From Lama guanicoe (lineage: Eukaryota): 64,000 bases of DNA. Under the pieces are notes generated by a model. That model made no database searches and was not told the origin of the DNA. It worked only from the letters and a program-made list of their open reading frames with translations. Positions 60,330 through 64,000 of the stretch are shown here, in pieces. The translations under genes were made by a program, and so were the position numbers. Each line of letters opens with the position of its first letter. Position 1 is the stretch's first letter. The stretch lies in NCBI GenBank assembly GCA_013239625.1, contig MU053881.1, forward strand, positions 8,145,957-8,209,956, given 5' to 3'.

Positions 60330-61192
60330 GTAAGTCAGCCTCGGGAGCTCGGCAGGTGGAGCAGAACACCAGGGTCCGGGTGGCTCCCTCTCCCTCTGCT
60401 CCGGCCCCTCTCTGTCTCCCCTGAGCCCTGCTGTGGGCACGTCCTGGGAAGCGGGACCCAAAGGCAGGGCCGTGCGGAGACAGGGCGTGCATTCTGCACC
60501 GTCCCTGACCCTTGCCCCATGCCCCCTCTGCTCTGGTCCCCCACCCCACCCCCAATGTGGTAGCGGGGACTCAGGTAAGGACCAGCAATGGGACATGGGG
60601 GTCAAGGGTGCATGTCACTACTTAGTAATTTTTAGGAGATGACAGTTAGAAGGTCTGTTTTTACCCGGACTCTGAAGGCCTCTGCATTGGTGAGGCATGT
60701 TGGAGCAGAAATGCCGGCTGCCTCGCGCACTGGGCTTCAACCTATGTGTCCCTGGGTCTGAGCAGAGCTTGCACTCAGGCAAAGGCCCATGTGCTTATAT
60801 TGGCTTTTCCACCACCAGGGCTGCCTGTCATCGTAACCCTCTCCTTGCCTAGGAGTTTAGCCAAGTCATAAAGATGAGGTTCTGAGCTCTGAGAGCAGAG
60901 GTCGTGTTCCCTTCCTCATTCGAGCCCCACATACCCACCTAGCTTAATGTTCCCCTTTGTGTGGATGAGGAAGCCAGCAGGGCTCAGAGAGCTTCCATGA
61001 CTTCCCTGAGATCACTCAGCCAGTAAATGTCGGAGCTGGCATCCGGACTCGGCTTCCGCTGAAATCACACTGGAGTGCAGCTGGCTTGTTCCCCTCTCCT
61101 CTTCCCTTCCCGGGTGCCCCAGCAGAGATACCAGCATGGACACGGGGCTCTTTACCGTCTAACTCAATTCTCCTTGACCCTGCTCCCCGCCC

Positions 61193-61800
61193 CAGGTCAA
61201 GCCTATTATTACTCATGGATCCTATATTTGCTGATTGGCCTACTCGCTAACGTTTATTTGTAATCTCAAATCCAATACTCACCGTGTTTTCATGCTCATT
61301 CATAAACATGGACAGAGCAGGAAAAAATTTGAGTTGCCCTCTATGCATGTCCCCAACCGAAATAAAACAAGGCCACACTTGCTTTGATTTTTTTTGTTTC
61401 AGCTCTCAGACTGCAAACAAGTGTCCAATCTGCAGTATATTTAGTGCCACATCTTTTTTCCCCATGTTTGTGCTTTTGTTGGTGATTTCACTACTTAAAA
61501 CGGCCCCAAAGCCTTGTGCTGACTGGCTGTCTAGTGATTGTAAGCCTAAGAAGGCTGCGAGGTGCCTTATGGAGCAAATATGTGTTATATAAGCTTTGTT
61601 GAGGCAAGAGTTACAGTGCTGTTGGCTGTGGGTGCCATGTAAGTAAATCAACCATCTATATCCAATAAGATGTCTTTAAACAGAAACATGCAGCAAACAA
61701 GGTTATGTATTGATCTGTTGACAAAATGCCATGACCAGGTGCTCACAGGAACCTAACCCCGTATTTCCCCTAGGAGCAGTGATTCAGTGTCACTAACTCA
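61193..61800. mobile_element. MER82-like TcMar-Tigger element
   Basis: gcctactcgctaacgtttatttgtaa...aaaaatttgagttgcc...gtttcagctctcagactgcaaacaagtgtcc...acaggaacctaaccccgtatttcccctaggagca resembles MER82. Confidence 0.75.
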
Positions 61801-62599
61801 TCTTGTAACCCTTGTTTTGTCTTGCTCTCCACTCTGCTACCCATCAGTCCCCTGCAAGGAGAGACCTTCCCCTGCCCTGTGCAGCGTCTAGATCACATTA
61901 GTGCTATCCAGGCTTTCTCCCTCCCTCCCTGCTCGCAGCCACCACCTTGGCTATGGCCTCAGGGATGGCTCTGCACCTGGGGGCAGTGGCAAGCATTCTA
62001 AAGGGGCAGTGGAGGGAGGGACACAGGTGGGGTCTGGTAAGGATCGTGGCTGTCCATGTGGTCAAGCCCACCTCTAGCACAGACATCACCCATCACCTGC
62101 CAGGAGACATCCTTTCAAATTCAGCCTCAGGAAATGCACACTTTTTTTTTTAACCTCAAAACAGAAACTCGCATGCATATGGAGATAAGGCAGGTATTAA
62201 AACAAGTAAAGCCGGCCAAGTGCATATTTGCAGAGTAAATAGGATCAAGTAGTCTTTGCTTCCATAAAGAAGTATGCACTCTCCCATTTTAGGTGAAACT
62301 CAGGCACTCTTGAGTTTTTCATCTTCCCACTTTTGACGTGACTACGGAGAACTCTATCTGGACAGTAAGAAAAACAACAGCACAAACACAGCGATAAGTG
62401 GCAACTAACTCCTAGCTTCAGCATCCAAGCGATAAAAGGGAGTGGTGGGGCCTGTGGCCAAATGCAGGTCCAGTTCTCATCCCAAGGGGCTGATACCGCT
62501 CCGTTCATCCCAGCGTTTGCCACGCTGGGATGCAGTCAGGGATGCCAAATACTCCCCTCACGAGCGCAGCCAGAAATCCAGGCATGAGGGAAGAACAGG

Positions 62600-62760
62600 C
62601 AGACTTGCATTTGTTCTGAGTTCAGCTCTGTGCCTCCCCTGCTGTGTGACCCGAGAAATGCCCTCAGCCTCTCTGGGCCTCAGTTTCATGATTTGCTTAA
62701 TAGGAATAAATCCACCTGTCTTGTAAGTTACGGTGAGGATCAGAAGTAAGTGTAAGAGAT
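62600..62760 (+). mobile_element. MIR SINE
   Basis: gctgtgtgacc...cctctctgggcctcagtttc...ggaataaat...gtgaggatca. Confidence 0.65.
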
Positions 62761-62874
62761 AAGGGGAAAGACACGGGCCCTGTCCATGGGACTGCGGTGA
62801 GAAGGTGCTGGAAGACAGAAAGAGGAAATAAAGGTTGAGCAACCCAGAGTAGATGGTTTTATATATATATATAT

Positions 62875-63670
62875 ATTGTAATGAACTATAGTTGATTTAC
62901 AATGTTGCATTATTTTCTAATGTACAGCACAGTGATTCAGTTGTACGTATACATATATTCTTTCTCATTATAGGTTATTACAAGCTATTGCATATAGTTC
63001 CATGTGCTGTACAGTAAGACCTTGTTGTTTATCTAAAACAGTAGTTTGTATCTGCAGATCCCAAACTGCAAACTTACCCCACCCTTCTTTCCCCTTTGGG
63101 AACCATAAGTTTGTTTTCTGTGGCTGGGAGTCTGTCTCTGTTTGGTAGATGAGTTCATTCGTGTCCTTTTTTTTTTTCTTTTTTAGATTCCACATATGAG
63201 TGGTATCCTATGGTATTTTTCTTTCTCTTTCTGACTTACTTCACTTAGTAGGATGATCTCTAGGTCCATCCATATTGCTGCCAGTGGCATTATTGTATTC
63301 TTTTTTATGGCTGAGTAGTATTCCATTGTCTAAATATACCACCACTTCTTTATCCAGTCATCTGTTGATGGACATTTAGATTGCTTCTATGTCTTGGTTA
63401 TTGTATATAGTACTGTTATGAACATAGGTGTGCATGTATCTTTTCAAATTGGAGTTTTCTCCAGATATATGCCCAGGAATAGGATTGCTAGGTCATATGA
63501 TAACTCTGTTTTTATTTTTTTAAGGAATCTCCATACTGTTTTCCATAATGGCTGCACCAAATTACATTTCCATCAATGGTGTAGGAAGGTTCCCTTTTCT
63601 CCACACCCTTTCCAGCATTTATCATTCGTGGGCTTTTTAATGATGACCATTCTGACTGGTGTGAGGTGAT
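62875..63670 (-). mobile_element. 5'-truncated L1 (3' end), similar to the copy at 23.9 kb
   Basis: Shares long blocks with 23878-24470 (ttagattccacat..., tttttatggctgagtagtattccattgt) and continues into ORF2-derived sequence; flanks gatggtt..atatat may be a TSD. Confidence 0.9.
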
Positions 63671-63769
63671 GGATGGTTATATATTTAAAACAGGAGTTGC
63701 AGGCTCACATACTTTCAGGACCCCCTGTGGAAAGGGGATGGGTGCAAGGCAGTTCTAACACCAACAATA

Positions 63770-63950
63770 ATAATGGCTACTAACAGTTACCAAACACTTT
63801 ACTCCGTGCCAGACTGTACTGATACTAATTCATTTACTCCTCACCAAGAAAAGCAAAAAAGCTCTGAGATTGCTTCATTTTGTAAATGAGGAGACTGAAA
63901 CAGAGAAAGTAACTTGTCCAAGATTAAAAATTAAGCGGCAGAGCCAGGAG
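63770..63950 (-). mobile_element. MIR SINE
   Basis: gtgccagactgtact...tcatttactcctca...cattttgtaaatgaggagactga...gtaacttgtccaag. Confidence 0.65.
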
Positions 63951-64000
63951 CCAGGAGTGGCAACAGTGCAGATTAGCTGGGGAGTACATGCTGTATCTGA

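Overview
Mammalian genomic DNA, most likely a camelid (five vic-1-like tRNA-Ala-derived SINEs). The whole window lies inside the SLIT3 gene on the + strand. It contains ten consecutive internal coding exons (inferred to be exons 7-16 by human numbering; 72, 164, 142, 72, 72, 72, 144, 164, 151 and 75 nt). All have canonical AG/GT junctions and splice into one open frame covering the end of LRR domain D1, all of the Robo-binding domain D2 and the start of D3. The intron after exon 14 hosts an intact mir-218-2 hairpin. The rest is intronic: SINEs with target-site duplications, 5'-truncated L1 copies, MIR, L2, MER5A, MER58A, MER82 and microsatellites. The six-frame ORFs are noise except where they overlap exons. 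I see no evidence of a wholly new biological system. The best leads are a Gly-to-Ser change at a Slit-conserved position, a ~97-bp direct repeat bracketing exon 15, inverted SINE pairs, a GC-rich candidate intragenic promoter and homeodomain-motif clusters. Gene, miRNA and repeat names are recognised from memory, not from database searches; repeat boundaries are approximate.
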